Virus record (IMG/VR): IMGVR_UViG_3300034980_000576
Coordinates: 1 to 64,000 of that record
Direction: 5' to 3' (one strand)
Length of the DNA: 64,000 bases
From: a virus
Each line of letters starts with the position of its first letter. The stretch's first letter is position 1. Positions 1 to 8,231 of this stretch are shown piece by piece. A model generated the notes under the pieces. It was not told the origin of the DNA. It saw nothing but the letters and a program-made list of their open reading frames with translations, and ran no database searches. Made by a program: the position numbers and the translations under genes.

Positions 1-1
1 T

Positions 2-700
2 GTTGGTTGTAATTTCAATTTGGAGCATCCGGATATTGGAGAATCGGCGCTGATGTATGATCCCGATGGATTTAACGCGCTTTGTGAAATACTTGATAAG
101 CTCGACGACAGGCGCGATGGTTTCAAATCAACTATTGATGAGTTTTTGAAACAAGAAGGTTATCTGGAAGGCGGAGAATACATCAAATTAGCATATGAGA
201 TAGAAGACAGCCCATTCGAATCCTATGAGTGGGATGTGCGATATGATGGAGAACACCCTCCGGAGTCATATGAGGCGACGGCTGCGATATCACATGACTT
301 TGATCCCGAAGCGTTAGGCTTAGATCCTAGGATTTTGTTTGACATCTTGGATTCTCGCGATTGGCGGCTAGCGATACGGACTGCATTGCTGGCATCTGCG
401 CAAGAAGCGTTAGGAACCGAATATCAACTTGATATAGAGAACTCTCAAGCAGTTGATTCCGGTGGGGATGTCCAGTATACCCTTACCTTTCAAATCACAG
501 CAGATGATCCTGACGAGCGCGTAAAGCTCTTCCGTGAGCTTACAACTGGTGAGGATAGCGATATGGATGATGAAGACAACATAAAAGCAGTCTTTAACAA
601 TGTAATGGCTCAGTTTTTGAACTCTCGGCAGCCATCACACATGCAACAAAATTTAGACGAGCGCTTAGTTCGGACTTGGAAGGGGTTTTTAGGAGTATGA
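2..700 (+). CDS. 5'-truncated acidic hypothetical protein (frame open from window edge); C-terminus ends in 'LDERLVRTWKGFLGV'
   Basis: Frame open from nt 2 to TGA at 698-700; very D/E-rich; stop overlaps next ATG. Confidence 0.8.
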   Translation, partial: VGCNFNLEHPDIGESALMYDPDGFNALCEILDKLDDRRDGFKSTIDEFLKQEGYLEGGEYIKLAYEIEDSPFESYEWDVRYDGEHPPESYEATAAISHDFDPEALGLDPRILFDILDSRDWRLAIRTALLASAQEALGTEYQLDIENSQAVDSGGDVQYTLTFQITADDPDERVKLFRELTTGEDSDMDDEDNIKAVFNNVMAQFLNSRQPSHMQQNLDERLVRTWKGFLGV

Positions 701-945
701 ATCAATATTTAAACGATCCTGATTACTTGTTTAGTATTCTTACTGCTCTCGTAAAGAAAAATGGTGGAAAGATCATACTTTCGAAAGAAGAAATGGATGA
801 TGTTTCACAAGGTGATTTAATAGGCATGTATTATGAGCCTAAAACTGGGAATCTCATACTTAAAGAAGTGGAGCCTAAAGACATGCTTCAGGCAACAACA
901 ATTATTAGAGATAAAAAGGAAACCGACAAGGTTTATGATAACTAA
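697..945 (+). CDS. hypothetical protein
   Basis: ATG 697 after AGGAG, ATGA overlap with upstream gene. Confidence 0.75.
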   Translation: MNQYLNDPDYLFSILTALVKKNGGKIILSKEEMDDVSQGDLIGMYYEPKTGNLILKEVEPKDMLQATTIIRDKKETDKVYDN

Positions 946-1184
946 TGAAAAATATATTTACCAAACACCCTCAAGAGCAAAACGAAACCTATTTGCAACA
1001 CATGTTGGCAGCATGGAAAATTTGTGTTATACTTAAGATACTACTGTTTAAATGTTTTATCCATTCTATCTTTCCATTTCTATTTACCTCTGCGGTATCT
1101 AGTAAGATCGAATGTCTTCAAAGGATGACTGAAAGAAAGAAGTCCAATGATGATGATCTTTATGAAATATTTGGAGGAGATTAA
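945..1184 (+). CDS. DUF6356-like small protein
   Basis: 'FTKHPQEQNETYLQHM...HSIFPFLF' pattern recalled for this family. Confidence 0.6.
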   Translation: MKNIFTKHPQEQNETYLQHMLAAWKICVILKILLFKCFIHSIFPFLFTSAVSSKIECLQRMTERKKSNDDDLYEIFGGD

Positions 1185-1185
1185 A

Positions 1186-1284
1186 ATGAGATATTTAGAT
1201 CAAGCCTTATCCGAGTTACACTTGAGCGATATAGGGGCTTACGAAGAGGTAATCGAATTGTGGATTACTTACGGAGGGTCCTAG
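1186..1284 (+). CDS. 32-aa small ORF (MRYLDQALSELHLSDIGAYEEVIELWITYGGS), not in ORF track
   Basis: GGAGG SD upstream; fills the gap between flanking genes exactly. Confidence 0.55.
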   Translation: MRYLDQALSELHLSDIGAYEEVIELWITYGGS

Positions 1285-1285
1285 A

Positions 1286-1531
1286 ATGAAATATTTAGTA
1301 TTATTTATGCTCTCTGGCGTTGCATATGCCGATGACACAAAAGAAGAGCCAAAAGTTGTTTATAAACAAAAGACTGAGATTGACTTTGAAAGCGTAGATG
1401 TGGTTGGAGAGCTTGTTAAACCACAAGGTTCTCTGGTTCTTGATAGAAAGAGAGCAAAGTTTAATTCAATGGTATGGATCAGAGCCGACTTTGACGATGA
1501 AATGGATAAATCCGTGGAGGAGGTTAAGTGA
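1286..1531 (+). CDS. cglF: CglF/GltF-like adventurous gliding motility protein homolog with signal peptide
   Basis: Signal peptide ending AYA, then 'VVYKQKTEIDFESVDVVGELVKPQGSLVLDRKRAKFNSMVWIRADFDDEM', matching the recalled myxobacterial CglF pattern KKTxIDF-x4/5-GEL-x-KP-x-G...F-x-S-x-I-x-x-R-x-x-F. Confidence 0.7.
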   Translation: MKYLVLFMLSGVAYADDTKEEPKVVYKQKTEIDFESVDVVGELVKPQGSLVLDRKRAKFNSMVWIRADFDDEMDKSVEEVK

Positions 1532-2400
1532 AACTCCTACTTGAAAATTGGCGAAGATATCAAGGAGAACATGATTTTAATGTTCTCTGCGAGAATCATA
1601 CACGCGGACTAATAACGGACACAGAATTAGTAATGCTTTGGGAAAATCAGGTTAATAATGAACTTGACTTGTTACTCTCCGAAGGCGAAATTCTGGATGC
1701 TATTTCAATAGGTTATGAAAAAGGCAAACAACTAGTCGGCAACGCGGCGGCTAAATGGAACGCTGGAATTGAAGCGTGGGCGACATGGGAAGCAAATCTA
1801 TTAAACCAAGCATTTGAGCTTGCGATAAGAGTAAGCGAAACCTCTGCGTTAGAAAAAGCTGCCGCTGTGTTGAAGAAAGTATTGTCTACCATAGATAAAT
1901 TTTGTGAAGCGCATCCTACAATATGTAAGGTAGCAAAATTTATATTACTGATGGCGGTGATTTCTGCCGTTATAGCATTTTTTAGCTCTGAGGCTCAGGC
2001 AGCGGTGGAAGTTACTAAGTTTGACGGATCTCCAATACAATTGGGAGATGGTGGAATAACAGCGATGAAAGGTTTAATGGAGATAGCTAGCAGAGGAGAG
2101 GATCCAGAGCTGCAGCAGAGATATGTAGAAGCAATGCAGTGGTTAGAAACTGTCCACGCATCAGAAACAACAGTGGAGTTGGCAAAGGCTTCCGGTGACG
2201 GGGCCGAACTCTGTAAAATAACATTCAAAGCAATGAAGGACATGTTGCAGACAGGCGAAATACCGGGGCTTCAAAGTTTAATTAATATAGGCGAGAAAGT
2301 GGTAATAAAAACGAATACGGTAACCCAAGAAGTCTATGCCACAGGGAAAGCAACACAAGTCACGCATATTGAATGGCAGAGTCTAACAACATCAAAATGA
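1528..2400 (+). CDS. hypothetical protein with N-terminal MKLLLENWRRY peptide and central hydrophobic segment; possible internal head protein
   Basis: GTG start after GGAGG; shared N-terminal peptide; hydrophobic 'FILLMAVISAVIAFF'. Confidence 0.75.
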   Translation: MKLLLENWRRYQGEHDFNVLCENHTRGLITDTELVMLWENQVNNELDLLLSEGEILDAISIGYEKGKQLVGNAAAKWNAGIEAWATWEANLLNQAFELAIRVSETSALEKAAAVLKKVLSTIDKFCEAHPTICKVAKFILLMAVISAVIAFFSSEAQAAVEVTKFDGSPIQLGDGGITAMKGLMEIASRGEDPELQQRYVEAMQWLETVHASETTVELAKASGDGAELCKITFKAMKDMLQTGEIPGLQSLINIGEKVVIKTNTVTQEVYATGKATQVTHIEWQSLTTSK

Positions 2401-2429
2401 AACTCCTACTTGAAAATTGGCGAAAATAT
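1528..2429 (+). repeat. two-copy 33-nt gene-start repeat (1528-1560 and 2397-2429) encoding MKLLLENWR(R/K)Y
   Basis: 31/33 nt identical, with a 27-nt perfect core tgaaactcctacttgaaaattggcgaa; downstream sequences unrelated. Confidence 0.9.
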
Positions 2430-3095
2430 ATAAACGAAGAGCACGAACCCATCACAACCCTTCGTATCTTCGACTTCGATGAAACAATAGCCCATACGAG
2501 GTCAGAAACGCGCGTTAAAGCCCCCGACGGCACAGAAGCGACCCTACGTGACCAACAGGAGTTTGAAGAGTATATGAAGGCTGCAGCGGCTAAGGAAGGC
2601 ATAGAGACTTTCGATCCCGTACGAGATTTACAGGACATCGGCTACGATATCGATTTGAGCGACTTCTCGATTGTTAAAGATCCGGCTGAAATAATAATTG
2701 TAACAGATATGTTGAAAGCTTTTCCAGAGAACTCAAAAACATATATTTTGACAGCAAGGAGAGGGACATCGATCGGGCCAATTCTTGATTATCTCGATGA
2801 GATTGGCGTTGATTCCTCGCAAGTTAGAGTTATGGCGACACAAGGAGAATCCAAAGGCGATGTAATGGTTGCAATGATGAAAAACAAGATTATGGACAAT
2901 GGGAAATCCAATATTAATCTCATCGAATACTACGAAGATTCTGAAAAGAATATTAAAGATGTACAACTGAAAGTATGTAACAATAAAGAACTAGAACAGA
3001 TTAAACCAGAAGATTTCGAATTAGTTATCCACAAAGTTGTTGGATTTGACGTCGGCAACGATCGCGAGTATAAAATAGAGACGCTCGGTTGCTGA
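2397..3095 (+). CDS. HAD-superfamily phosphatase (PNKP-phosphatase-like) with N-terminal MKLLLENWRKYINE peptide
   Basis: HAD motifs IFDFDET, ILTAR, K in GESKG, YYEDS; ATG 2397 overlaps upstream stop (ATGA). Confidence 0.75.
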   Translation: MKLLLENWRKYINEEHEPITTLRIFDFDETIAHTRSETRVKAPDGTEATLRDQQEFEEYMKAAAAKEGIETFDPVRDLQDIGYDIDLSDFSIVKDPAEIIIVTDMLKAFPENSKTYILTARRGTSIGPILDYLDEIGVDSSQVRVMATQGESKGDVMVAMMKNKIMDNGKSNINLIEYYEDSEKNIKDVQLKVCNNKELEQIKPEDFELVIHKVVGFDVGNDREYKIETLGC

Positions 3096-3101
3096 TTTAA
3101 A

Positions 3102-3109
3102 ACTATTTA
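3102..3109 (+). promoter_or_regulatory. candidate phage late promoter ACTATTTA
   Basis: Same or near-identical octamer upstream of several genes (4720, 5129, 13822, 45104, 45488). Confidence 0.5.
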
Positions 3110-3128
3110 AATTGATGGAGATTTTATC

Positions 3129-3452
3129 GTGAATGAATCAAACGGGTGGGAAACCTACTCAAAATTAGTGTTGCAACAACTAGAAACCATGTCGACAGGC
3201 ATCGAAGGTTTACGCAGTGAGCTTCAAGATGTAAAAGGACAACTAACTGAACTTAAAGTAAAAGAAGACAGAGTTCAAGATTTGAAAGCATGGAAAGAAA
3301 AGATGGACGATGTTGCTTCGCCCCCTCAATTAAAAACAGCGCTTATAGAGATCGAAGAACTTAAAATCTTTAAAACGAAGGCAGTTACAATGTTTATGGT
3401 AGTACAAGCAGCTATGGGTGTTGCTGTAGCTTTTGCTTTAGAGATATTTTAA
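3129..3452 (+). CDS. coiled-coil protein with C-terminal TM helix (holin/XhlA-like architecture)
   Basis: Heptad-like region followed by hydrophobic C-terminus. Confidence 0.65.
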   Translation: MNESNGWETYSKLVLQQLETMSTGIEGLRSELQDVKGQLTELKVKEDRVQDLKAWKEKMDDVASPPQLKTALIEIEELKIFKTKAVTMFMVVQAAMGVAVAFALEIF

Positions 3453-3460
3453 AAATATTG

Positions 3461-3490
3461 TTGACAAATAATATAAATTTGTTATATAAT
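3461..3490 (+). promoter_or_regulatory. sigma70-type promoter
   Basis: TTGACA (3461) and TATAAT (3485), 18-nt spacer; alternative TGnTATATA at 16 nt. Confidence 0.65.
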
Positions 3491-3749
3491 GAGTATGTAC
3501 AAGTTTAAAAAAGGAGATTTAGTGGGGATAAAACACCCCCTAAGTGCCAGCTGTCCCCTAAAAACAGGAGTTGTTGTCACGGAGACAGAATATAACGTTG
3601 TAATTCAATGGGTGTCATATGATAAAACTTTTTTTATGGAAAAACAAGGTGATATTTTTGAAGAACTCAATAAATCTTATCTTTTATCAAGACAGTCCTA
3701 TCATCGCTTAAACGAGAAAGCTTCGTTGTTCTTATTAAACTCTAGTTAA
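3489..3749 (+). CDS. hypothetical protein (true start probably ATG 3495, leaderless)
   Basis: ORF track; first ATG overlaps the -10 box. Confidence 0.7.
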   Translation: MSMYKFKKGDLVGIKHPLSASCPLKTGVVVTETEYNVVIQWVSYDKTFFMEKQGDIFEELNKSYLLSRQSYHRLNEKASLFLLNSS

Positions 3750-3752
3750 AAC

Positions 3753-4067
3753 ATGGGCTACAATAGCGATGAGGCTTCGAAGAGAATAAAACTAGCTGTC
3801 AAACAGCTCAATGGTTCTGCCATCGATGAAACCGACGAAGACGGCAACGCCGTGGAATTATTACCAGAGATAGGTATAGGTTCCGGAGAAGGCTATCTCC
3901 ATTGTTATTGCCCCGGAAAGAAAAGGTTCATTAAAATTTCGAAAGGACAGAAGGCATACATAATTGATAATATGGATAATGATAAAGAAAAATGTTTAAT
4001 ATATACTTGGGATGGACATCTGGTAGAGATCTCCATGGATGAGATTTTTCCAATAGGATTTGATTGA
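3753..4067 (+). CDS. hypothetical protein
   Basis: ORF track, tight packing. Confidence 0.7.
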   Translation: MGYNSDEASKRIKLAVKQLNGSAIDETDEDGNAVELLPEIGIGSGEGYLHCYCPGKKRFIKISKGQKAYIIDNMDNDKEKCLIYTWDGHLVEISMDEIFPIGFD

Positions 4068-4219
4068 TGCTATTTAAGTTTGGAAAATTGTGGAAATCAA
4101 TAATATTGCTTTTAGCGACATGGGGATTCTATCTAATTTTTGATTTTGAATTTACTGTGATCACTTTGCTTTCCCTCCTCCTAGTATCAAATTTAGACGA
4201 TAGGGATTTTTTGCTTTAA
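4067..4219 (+). CDS. 50-aa membrane protein (MLFKFGKLWKSIILLLATWGFYLIFDFEFTVITLLSLLLVSNLDDRDFLL), not in ORF track
   Basis: ATG overlaps upstream TGA; two hydrophobic stretches; fills the gap. Confidence 0.65.
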   Translation: MLFKFGKLWKSIILLLATWGFYLIFDFEFTVITLLSLLLVSNLDDRDFLL

Positions 4220-4230
4220 AACCACTACTT

Positions 4231-4446
4231 ATGGTGGTGGGAACAAGAAAAAGACGATATTACAAACCGTCTTCAACGGGTGTTGCGGCGCCGGTTAGCG
4301 GTTATATTGTGAAATGGCTCGGTACCGAGTCCAGTTCGCAAGTTAATAATGATGGCCCATACAACGACATAGAAGAAGCAGCACAAATCTTACAAGCTTA
4401 TTTGAAATCTGGGATATGTAGCTGGATGGTGAGCTATGATGACTGA
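4231..4446 (+). CDS. hypothetical protein
   Basis: ORF track; ACTACTTA motif overlaps the start, so a downstream GTG may be the real start. Confidence 0.6.
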   Translation: MVVGTRKRRYYKPSSTGVAAPVSGYIVKWLGTESSSQVNNDGPYNDIEEAAQILQAYLKSGICSWMVSYDD

Positions 4447-4693
4447 TGGGGGTGTTTTCGGCGCGATACAGTCGGAAAACCTTAACATTGGTGATATGGT
4501 AGAGTGGACTCGATGGGATGAAGACGCCAAGAGGTGGACGAGCAACTACGGCATTTTAATTAAAATAGAAAATAAGTTAAAATCTAATAGAATAGTTTCA
4601 GTATCAACTGTAAAGCCTATAAACGAGCCGCATCAGGTGGTAGAATTGTTTACTATAAGTCTACAGCCGATGGCTAGCACAATACGTGCTTGA
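4436..4693 (+). CDS. hypothetical protein (SH3-like 'NIGDMVEW')
   Basis: ORF track. Confidence 0.65.
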   Translation: MMTDGGVFGAIQSENLNIGDMVEWTRWDEDAKRWTSNYGILIKIENKLKSNRIVSVSTVKPINEPHQVVELFTISLQPMASTIRA

Positions 4694-4719
4694 TATAGTT
4701 AGTTTTATATCGTTTTGAA

Positions 4720-4727
4720 ACTATTTA
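4720..4727 (+). promoter_or_regulatory. candidate late promoter ACTATTTA
   Basis: Intergenic, upstream of GGAG SD and ATG 4745. Confidence 0.5.
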
Positions 4728-4744
4728 GTGTTGTGGAGTGAGAT

Positions 4745-5692
4745 ATGATTAATTATCCTGATATGTTACAGCCTCTAATTGATAAGTTTTTGCCCTTTGC
4801 TCAGAAAAGAATGGGATTCTCTAAACCGCCGCGTTTATTTGTTCGCAGTGACAGCAAAAATGCATGCGATCCATTAGGTAAGACGGCTCATTACGACTCA
4901 GATAATCATTCGATAACTCTGTATGTCACAAAGCGTCATCCTAAAGATGTCCTGCGTTCTTTATCACATGAGTTGGTACACCACACACAGAATTGTCGCG
5001 GAGATTTAAATAACATATCTACCTCTCCGGGATACGCCCAAAGCGATGATCATATGAGAGAAATGGAGCGTGAAGCATACGAACTTGGAAATATGTGCTT
5101 TCGCGATTGGGAAGATGGTATAAAAAATACTATTTATTACGAACATCTACAAAAAGGAGAAATTAAGATGTCTACTAAAGATTGGAAAAACAAAGAATTA
5201 AGAACTATTTTATCTGAAGCGTGGGGCTTCAAGTTCAACACCCTGCAAGAATTTGACGAGTTCAACGGTACCGGAGAGATCCAAGAAGTCTCTATCGAAG
5301 ATCCCGATGCGCCCACAGAAGAAACCGCCGGCGAAGCCAGCGATAAGAGAGAAAAGGCAAATTTAGAGGAAGCTGGAGAGATCGACAGGGGCGCCCTTAA
5401 AGAAGATAGCGAAGCAGAGGAGACGCACCATTATGGAGAAGATGAGAGTGCCGACAAGAGAAAGGAAGACGATCTAGAGCATGACGAAGATTCTACAAAG
5501 CATCATCTAGATGGTATCGAGCACCACCTTGACGCTCTCCGAAAGGATATGCGCTATGATCAGGATCACGAATGGAGCAAGAACGAGTCAGTAGAGGCAA
5601 CCGACGGCGAGGAACTTGAAGAAGACGCCAAACCTGTCGATCCCTTAAGAGAAGCAATAAAGGCGCTTTTAACCAAGCACTTAAAGGGCTAA
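4745..5692 (+). CDS. HExxH zinc-metallopeptidase-like domain fused to an acidic C-terminal region
   Basis: 'DVLRSLSHELVHHTQ...MEREAY' motif; very acidic C-half ending 'PLREAIKALLTKHLKG'. Confidence 0.7.
   Translation: MINYPDMLQPLIDKFLPFAQKRMGFSKPPRLFVRSDSKNACDPLGKTAHYDSDNHSITLYVTKRHPKDVLRSLSHELVHHTQNCRGDLNNISTSPGYAQSDDHMREMEREAYELGNMCFRDWEDGIKNTIYYEHLQKGEIKMSTKDWKNKELRTILSEAWGFKFNTLQEFDEFNGTGEIQEVSIEDPDAPTEETAGEASDKREKANLEEAGEIDRGALKEDSEAEETHHYGEDESADKRKEDDLEHDEDSTKHHLDGIEHHLDALRKDMRYDQDHEWSKNESVEATDGEELEEDAKPVDPLREAIKALLTKHLKG
5129..5170 (+). promoter_or_regulatory. internal ACTATTTA + AAGGAG SD + in-frame ATG (5168) inside gene 4745-5692
   Basis: ACTATTTA 5129-5136, AAGGAG 5154-5159, ATG 5168 in frame (offset 423 nt). 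Confidence 0.6.
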
Positions 5693-5787
5693 ACTCATGA
5701 CTGGTAAGTACAAAAATTGAACTTAAGAAGTCACGAAATCGTTTTATACAAAAACTATTATTATCACACAACACCAAGGAACACACA

Positions 5788-6039
5788 ATGTCATTAGATT
5801 CACAATGGCGAGATTTTCTTACCGAGAGTCTTGATGAAAAAAACATCTTTACCTATATTCAGGGACTCCAAGAAATAATTTCCAATCTTAAACCCAAGAC
5901 AATCACGGAAAGAAGAAGGCTTCAGCTTGCAAAAAACCATTTGCGAGAAGTGAAGCGCTTTGCCAGACGAATGGATAACGACATGAATGTGCTTCAGGAA
6001 AAACTTAATATTTTAGAAGAATCGCAAGGGAACGAATAA
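5788..6039 (+). CDS. coiled-coil hypothetical protein starting 'MSLDSQWRDFLTE'
   Basis: AAGGA SD; W-R-x-F-L-x-E peptide. Confidence 0.75.
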   Translation: MSLDSQWRDFLTESLDEKNIFTYIQGLQEIISNLKPKTITERRRLQLAKNHLREVKRFARRMDNDMNVLQEKLNILEESQGNE

Positions 6040-8231
6040 TGGCGAAAGCTAACACTCACCTTACCCACCTTGAAGAGTTGGTACTTACCCAAGGCCCAGT
6101 GGGCTATAAGATGGCTAGAGCGTTCCTTCTGAAGCTTTTACAGACTCTTAAGGGTAACACCAAGTCTAGCATACAAACGTCCGTCAAATGGGACGGAGCG
6201 CCGGCGATCTTTGCTGGTATTAATCCTGAGAACGGCAAGTTTTTTGTAGGTACCAAGTCAATCTTCAACAAGGTGCCAAAAATCAACTATACCGAAGAAG
6301 ATATTATTAAGAACCATGGGCATGCGCCGGGACTTGTCGATAAGCTAACAAAAGCATTAAAGTATCTCCCATCTCTGAAAATTAAAAACATCCTGCAGGG
6401 TGATTTCATGTTTGACGACGGAATGATTGATACAGTCGACATTCAGGGAGAACCTCACTATCGATTCAAGCCAAATACGATCGTGTATGCGGTGCCTGTT
6501 AATTCAGAGTTAGGTGAGCAAATCGGCAAGTCTAAATTTGGTATTGTGTTTCACACCACATATGATAGTCTTGATAGCGGAGCCAGCTTTGGTGCTGACG
6601 TTTCTAACCTTAGAGAGACGCCGGGCGTGTGGTTTGACGATGCATTCTTTACAGATGATACTGGCATTGTTACATTAACAGAAGAAGAAGAATCAGAAAT
6701 TGTACAATTAGTAAAACAAGCTGATTCTGTAAATGAAAAAATAAACTACGATGATCTGCCATCTGCTTTTTTGAACATCTATATTAACAGTGAAATTAAG
6801 AGCGGCAGTTTTCTAGAAAATCCCGAGAAGTCCTTCGAAGGATTCATCAACTGGTATTCTCAAAGAATCCAGAAGAAAATTAACAATTTAAAAAGCGATA
6901 AGGGTAAACAAAGAGCAACCGAGAATGCTCAACAAGCGTTGCAATCCTTTAATGATAAAAAAGAAGATATACTTAATATTTTTAAAGTGAGTCGGCTTTT
7001 GTTTGAGGCTAAAAACATTTTTATTGAAAAATACAACAACGCTGTTTACAACACCAAACACTTTGTCGACAATGGATCTGGAGATCTAATTGCTAGCAAT
7101 CCGGAGGGTTATGTAGCGGTTGATCACAGGGGAAATGGTATCAAATTTGTAGATCGCTTAGAATTCAGTAGAGCAAATTTTGCAATTGATAAGGGTGATA
7201 AATTTTCGGCACCATTAAGTGAAGAAGATGAATATGATTCAGAAGCAGATGATTGGTATGAGCTAAGACATCAAATGGATCAGGAACTCGGAGAACCAGA
7301 AGAAGATGAAGATGACGATCCAGTAGTTGACGCTAGCTATCCAAAAACGGTTGCCATTGTACCCGGAGCTTTCAAGCCTCCGCACAAAGGGCATGCAGAC
7401 ATGGTAAGGCGGTATGCTACCGGTGACGGTGTTGAGAAAGCTGATAAAGTATATGTCGTTATTTCAGCGCCTATGAACGCCCAACGCACGATCCGTGCAC
7501 GCATTGATGGAAAGCTGGTTGATATACCCATCGACGCGAATAATGCAATTGCCCTATGGAAAAAGCTCTTTCCAGAAGTAGCAAATCTTCCGGAAGTTGA
7601 GTTTGAAATAGCGCCGTCGGACATGAGATCTCCAATAACTTTGGCTTTTAAATATATAAGTGACGAAAGCCCACTTCCACTTAATGACGGAGATAGAGTA
7701 ATGTTAGGTGCTAGTGATAAACCTGATACCAAGGGAGAACCCGATTGGTGTCGGTGGAATAGCGTTGACAAAGAAAAGCATGTTAAACCTGGAATTGAAC
7801 TTTTATGTGGCGAACAGTACGCTGTTCCTGCGCTAGCGCGTGGCGGTGATAAAGATTTCAGCGCTACAGACATGCGGGATCTAATATCGGATTTGGCAGA
7901 GGATCCGGACAACAAAGAAGCATATGCAGAGTTGATTGAATTTGTGCCGGCTGATAAGATTCCAGCGCTGCTTGACGAGCTTCTGCCCGAAGGGAGCAGG
8001 AAAGATATAGAAGAGAATTCTATGGCGTCTGCCGGTGCGGCAGGAGGACATGTGGATGTGGCGCGCCCTTTGGGATCTACATTGGTTAAACGAGGGGCAA
8101 GTACGCCCGGAAAACGTGATAAGCCCAAAACCAAGAAAAAGAAAACAAAGAAAGAATATATAGACTTAGGCTTACTTGCCGAAGTTATGGAACTAATTAT
8201 AGAAAGAGGCATTAACAATGAATCCAAATGA
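6039..8231 (+). CDS. fusion of an ATP-dependent-ligase-like nucleotidyltransferase domain (DUF6267-like) and an HxGH cytidylyltransferase-like domain
   Basis: 'THLTHLEE', 'VKWDGAPA', 'LQGDFMF', 'PEGYV', 'IKFVDR'; acidic linker; 'PGAFKPPHKGH' and 'FSATDMR'. Confidence 0.7.
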   Translation: MAKANTHLTHLEELVLTQGPVGYKMARAFLLKLLQTLKGNTKSSIQTSVKWDGAPAIFAGINPENGKFFVGTKSIFNKVPKINYTEEDIIKNHGHAPGLVDKLTKALKYLPSLKIKNILQGDFMFDDGMIDTVDIQGEPHYRFKPNTIVYAVPVNSELGEQIGKSKFGIVFHTTYDSLDSGASFGADVSNLRETPGVWFDDAFFTDDTGIVTLTEEEESEIVQLVKQADSVNEKINYDDLPSAFLNIYINSEIKSGSFLENPEKSFEGFINWYSQRIQKKINNLKSDKGKQRATENAQQALQSFNDKKEDILNIFKVSRLLFEAKNIFIEKYNNAVYNTKHFVDNGSGDLIASNPEGYVAVDHRGNGIKFVDRLEFSRANFAIDKGDKFSAPLSEEDEYDSEADDWYELRHQMDQELGEPEEDEDDDPVVDASYPKTVAIVPGAFKPPHKGHADMVRRYATGDGVEKADKVYVVISAPMNAQRTIRARIDGKLVDIPIDANNAIALWKKLFPEVANLPEVEFEIAPSDMRSPITLAFKYISDESPLPLNDGDRVMLGASDKPDTKGEPDWCRWNSVDKEKHVKPGIELLCGEQYAVPALARGGDKDFSATDMRDLISDLAEDPDNKEAYAELIEFVPADKIPALLDELLPEGSRKDIEENSMASAGAAGGHVDVARPLGSTLVKRGASTPGKRDKPKTKKKKTKKEYIDLGLLAEVMELIIERGINNESK

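Noticed and set aside
7337-8227. 296-aa minus-strand ORF and the many other short minus-strand ORFs
   Set aside because: Antisense shadows of well-supported + strand genes; Ser/Leu-rich with no motifs or SD
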